This document shows positions 14,266 to 17,107 of a DNA stretch of 17,107 nucleotides, piece after piece. This stretch comes from Verrucomicrobiota bacterium (GTDB lineage Bacteria > Verrucomicrobiota > Verrucomicrobiia > Opitutales > Cerasicoccaceae), in NCBI GenBank assembly GCA_039818205.1, contig JBCBUK010000029.1, forward strand, positions 1 to 17,107. Reading direction: 5' to 3'. Numbering within the stretch: position 1 is the first letter of the stretch; each line of letters opens with the position of its first letter. Both the position numbers and the translations under genes were made by a program. A model generated the notes under the pieces. That model saw only the letters and a program-made list of their open reading frames with translations. It made no database searches and was not told the DNA's origin.

Positions 14266-14808
14266 TCATTCTTCACTGGCTTGGACTGGCACGGCTCGGT
14301 TCCAGACGCGAGACCCCTGGTTATCGATCTCCGCAGCCCAGCGTTCAACACTGGCAATGCGAGCGTCCTGCTTGCCATTGACGTAGGCCTGAGAGACCTC
14401 AGCCTCTCTGAGTCGGTCAGTTTGTAGTTCAATAAACTCCAGCCATTTGGAATCCCAGGTCGTCTGGATCGCTGCCTTTCCCCGCTCTTCAGCCGACTGG
14501 ATTGCCTGCTCAAGCACTATTTGGTTCAAGTCGGCCCGTTCCTTGGCGGCTTCTTCTAATGTCGTTGCAAGCGGCTCGATCGAACTCTGCAGCATCCAGA
14601 CCAGCGCGCCGCCAACGATAGCCATTCCAGCGAAGATTGTTGCATATTCGGGCTTACGGTTCTTTTGCTCAGAGACCAACCAGGCCTTAATTTCACCCAG
14701 TGAGGCTTCGACGCCGGTCATTCGAGATCCGATTGCTGCGACATCAGTTTTTAGTGACCCTAGGTCCTCCTCAACGGCTTGCAAGCGGGTCTGGTGATCT
14801 TCAGTCAT
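14266..14808 (-). CDS. Coiled-coil single-TM membrane protein (lysis-region, holin/XhlA-like position)
   Basis: Heptad N-terminus (RLQAVEEDLGSLKTDVAAI), TM IFAGMAIVGGALVWML, coiled-coil C-terminus. Near the end of the late operon. Confidence 0.65.
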   Translation of the reverse strand: MTEDHQTRLQAVEEDLGSLKTDVAAIGSRMTGVEASLGEIKAWLVSEQKNRKPEYATIFAGMAIVGGALVWMLQSSIEPLATTLEEAAKERADLNQIVLEQAIQSAEERGKAAIQTTWDSKWLEFIELQTDRLREAEVSQAYVNGKQDARIASVERWAAEIDNQGSRVWNRAVPVQASEE

Positions 14809-14812
14809 TAGT

Positions 14813-14974
14813 TCAATTGATTACTAGTCGTGCCTTGACTGGCTTGTCGCTCTTGCACAGTGAACGCACCTTCCAGTTGTCCGCCTGTGTGTGAACGCGA
14901 ATACTTTGAAACCCGCCAGGCTGATCCAGCTTGGCGAGTTCCTTTGGGCATAGATAAACCACCTTCTCGATCAC
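14813..14974 (-). CDS. 53-aa hypothetical protein
   Basis: Not in the track. GTG overlaps the upstream TGA (GTGA), GGAGG upstream. MIEKVVYLCPKELAKLDQPGGFQSIRVHTQADNWKVRSLCKSDKPVKARLVIN. Ends 4 nt before the next ATG. Confidence 0.65.
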   Translation of the reverse strand: MIEKVVYLCPKELAKLDQPGGFQSIRVHTQADNWKVRSLCKSDKPVKARLVIN

Positions 14975-15600
14975 AGTTCGCCACCCTCCCGAGCTTGGGT
15001 AATGATCGTCTTACCCTCTTCGGTGCCGCTGAAAAAATCCATTTGGCTATCCGTAAGCGGCTTGGTTAGCTGATTGGTTCCGGCGGTGAAGTAGGTAATG
15101 GCGCCCTCGGCCATGATCTCGGCTATATCGGCCGGCAGTTGGAAGGCTTGCTCATAATAGCTTTTGGCCAAGTCTGTTTGCAGCGCCAGTGCTTCGACGT
15201 TTGCCGTTCCGCTCGCTTTCTTCGCCGTGAACAGCAATCCGCCATTGTAGATCTGCGTTGGGTTGTTCACGTCTTTGATGTCGATGTTCTGGCCCGTGCT
15301 GTGAGCGTGATTCGAAAACAGTCGCGGATTGCCGGGATCAACCAAGATCGAAACTTCTTCGTATTGGCTATCCTTCGGATTCTGCCACGAGGCATCAACT
15401 TGCGCTGTCTGGTAGATGATCTCGCCGTTCTGGTCGGTTGCTGGAACATAACCGCCTCCAGGCCCGACAACCATCACAGGCGTTTTGGTCGTGTTCTTGT
15501 AGGAGGATTCACTGGCAAGATAGTTATCTACCCCACAGCCCGTTAACATCAGCGCTGATACCGCCAACGTGAGAAACAATAATGCTTGAATGCGTTTCAT
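14971..15600 (-). CDS. Phage lipoprotein
   Basis: MKRIQALLFLTLAVSALMLTGC lipobox. ATGA overlap with the upstream gene. Confidence 0.8.
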   Translation of the reverse strand: MKRIQALLFLTLAVSALMLTGCGVDNYLASESSYKNTTKTPVMVVGPGGGYVPATDQNGEIIYQTAQVDASWQNPKDSQYEEVSILVDPGNPRLFSNHAHSTGQNIDIKDVNNPTQIYNGGLLFTAKKASGTANVEALALQTDLAKSYYEQAFQLPADIAEIMAEGAITYFTAGTNQLTKPLTDSQMDFFSGTEEGKTIITQAREGGEL

Positions 15601-16076
15601 GCTATTTTCGTATTTTTGATTAGTTTCTTTGAGAAAAATTTGGCGTTCAAGGGGTTCGGAGTGAGCTCAACAATATCCTTAATTTCATTATATTTTAGAG
15701 CGGCCTCCGCATAGGGATACATGCCATCGGTCGTGCCGAAGACTAAGCCTACATACTGGCTTTTCTTCACAGTCCACGGATCCCAGCTGAGCATGGGATT
15801 AACGCCACGAGTCGAGAGCGTCCACTTGTGCGGCGGCAGTTTCTTAGCTCCAAGCAAACGGGCAAAGAAACTAGGGTATCGATTGATCTTTTTGACCTGG
15901 TGGCTGACTTGGCCAATCCCCTCGATTTCGAACAAAACGACCATATCAGGTTGGACAAATTCAAATGGCCAGTGAGTGACCAGGGTCCAGCCGTAAGGGC
16001 TGTTCAAGGGCTTCATGCTGACGCCCGAACTTGGAAGCTCGTATGTCTCCCCACGCTTAAGAGTTTCGCGAATCAT
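15597..16076 (-). CDS. S24/S26-family serine peptidase-like protein (Ser/His, signal peptidase S26B-like)
   Basis: SSGVSMKP, PDMVVLF, VSHQV, STRGVN, WDPWTV...YVGLV follow the S26 boxes SGSMxP / GD / HRV / TKGDN / DP...VG. No TM anchor and no HTH. Confidence 0.65.
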   Translation of the reverse strand: MIRETLKRGETYELPSSGVSMKPLNSPYGWTLVTHWPFEFVQPDMVVLFEIEGIGQVSHQVKKINRYPSFFARLLGAKKLPPHKWTLSTRGVNPMLSWDPWTVKKSQYVGLVFGTTDGMYPYAEAALKYNEIKDIVELTPNPLNAKFFSKKLIKNTKIA

Positions 16077-16560
16077 CTTGGTGTTCCGTTATTAAGTTGC
16101 TCAATTCCATAGGCACCTCGCCTGCGCGGATCTTCTCGCTCAGAACTTGGTAAACCTCGCTCGAAGGGCTGCCGTTAAATCCGGTCAGCCATCCCCATTG
16201 GACGCCGAGAAAGCACAGAACCGCCCGCAAGCGTGCCCGTGGAATGCCTTGAGATAGCATCTCGGACCCTGCCCAGATAGCGAAGCGCACATCGCTCAAG
16301 ACCGCTGCCGGCCAAGTCTCGCGATCCGATTGGTCGTGACCCCCTGCCGATTTGTTGATCCAGTCCTTTTTGACTCCAATAAAAGGAACCGCTTCGACCC
16401 ATGAAGGAATGCTAGCGCGGTCGGTAATCTGTGGCTTTACCTGGATCCGCGATCGCTCAACGCCCTTTGAATCGAATCGGACGATGACATAGGAATTCTG
16501 CTGCAAGTAATAGTCTCGCCACAGGTGCACATAGTCCGCGTTTCCTTCAAATTCGATCAC
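16057..16560 (-). CDS. DUF1353-like phage protein
   Basis: ITDRASIP...SAGGHD...SDVRF...FLGVQWG parallels the TDxASIP / AxxHD motif. Likely start GTG 16560. Confidence 0.65.
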   Translation of the reverse strand: MIEFEGNADYVHLWRDYYLQQNSYVIVRFDSKGVERSRIQVKPQITDRASIPSWVEAVPFIGVKKDWINKSAGGHDQSDRETWPAAVLSDVRFAIWAGSEMLSQGIPRARLRAVLCFLGVQWGWLTGFNGSPSSEVYQVLSEKIRAGEVPMELSNLITEHQDDSRNS

Positions 16561-16588
16561 ATAGGCAATGATAATGCCTGTGGTTAAA

Positions 16589-16897
16589 CTATGAGTCTGA
16601 GATGATAGCGGCCCCGCCGGTCTCTTGCAATCGATCCCGCAGCTGCTCAATAATAATAGTCTGATTCGCTATCACGTCACGCATATCCTCAACAAGGTCT
16701 CGTAATGCTTCGCATTCGGCCTGAGTTGGAGTCGCCGAGAACGAAATCGCTGTCACTGCCCCATCCACGGGAAGGCTCGCGTCATCCACATCAGCAACCG
16801 CGGCCAGAGGTTCCAAGGGCTCAACCTCGAATGTTCCGTTGTCGGATCCCGATCTTACTTTTACGATTTTTCCTATGTCTGATGCTTCGATTGCCAT
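16589..16897 (-). CDS. Small virion fibre-like protein
   Basis: AAVADV...FSATPTQAECEALRD...IANQ...LRDRLQETG resembles trimeric head/tail-fibre C-terminal motifs. Confidence 0.55.
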   Translation of the reverse strand: MAIEASDIGKIVKVRSGSDNGTFEVEPLEPLAAVADVDDASLPVDGAVTAISFSATPTQAECEALRDLVEDMRDVIANQTIIIEQLRDRLQETGGAAIISDS

Positions 16898-16902
16898 GAT
16901 AC

Positions 16903-17107
16903 TTAAGTTTGTGGTTCAATTGCGACATTGCCCGCATCGTCAACCATAGCGTTTCCGGCTGCGTCAACGGCTTGATTTACGCCTACGATTCCAACCCAAT
17001 ATGAATATTGGCCACGGGCTCCGAAGCCGTTGTTCCTGCTCGTTACTGCTACTCTCAGGTCTAGGCGGCCCGGCGTGATAGTGAGATAGTGAAAGAATGC
17101 GGCGGTG
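16903..17107 (-). CDS. C-terminus of a probable tail protein (partial)
   Basis: Open frame from the edge: TAAFFHYLTITPGRLDLRVAVTSRNNGFGARGQYSYWVGIVGVNQAVDAAGNAMVDDAGNVAIEPQT, TAA at 16905-16903. FN3-like end. Confidence 0.6.
   Translation of the reverse strand, partial: TAAFFHYLTITPGRLDLRVAVTSRNNGFGARGQYSYWVGIVGVNQAVDAAGNAMVDDAGNVAIEPQT

Larger units (their letters stand above)
1..17107. mobile_element. Temperate phage genome segment, apparently excised/circular (attP internal)
   Basis: Phage-type genes throughout (DUF5131, replication initiator, Xis-like HTH, ArdC, tyrosine integrase, DUF1353, fibre-like genes). Dense co-oriented operons with overlapping start/stop codons. tRNA-fragment att site has phage genes on both sides. 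No host housekeeping genes. Confidence 0.9.

Noticed and set aside
14133..14513. 126-aa - strand ORF
   Set aside because: Mostly overlaps 14266-14808 in another frame. Only a 47-aa tail from GTG 14276 could be real, and I cannot support it.
15597..16076. LexA/CI-type repressor C-terminal domain
   Set aside because: No HTH, His rather than Lys as general base, and located in the late operon.
1..17107. CRISPR array, reverse transcriptase/DGR, transposase
   Set aside because: No spaced repeats of 25-40 bp, no RT (YxDD in context) or DDE motifs, and no TR/VR pair seen.

Overview
The whole window reads as part of a temperate phage genome in its excised or circular state: an attP-like site lies inside phage sequence, with integrase on one side and late genes on the other. 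From left to right: (i) a leftward early/replication operon (Zn-ribbon ORF, DUF5131/Gp37-Gp68, replication initiator with an internal 11-bp iteron array, a TerS-like gene beside a G-rich putative packaging region, an Xis-like HTH); (ii) a divergent genetic switch built from ribbon-helix-helix (RHH) proteins rather than CI/Cro; (iii) an accessory block with a single-domain response regulator, a 1009-aa beta-propeller/Y_Y_Y sensor histidine kinase and a translationally coupled 39-aa ORF missing from the ORF track, then a DUF4145/HEPN gene and a lipoprotein; (iv) an ardC operon containing a complete type II hammerhead ribozyme; (v) a tyrosine integrase and an attP carrying the 5' half of tRNA-Lys(UUU) between two IHF sites; (vi) the end of the late operon. 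The best candidate for a new system is the REC-kinase-peptide cassette next to the lysis/lysogeny switch, possibly a phage communication or sensing module. All family calls come from motif recognition by eye; no database searches were run.
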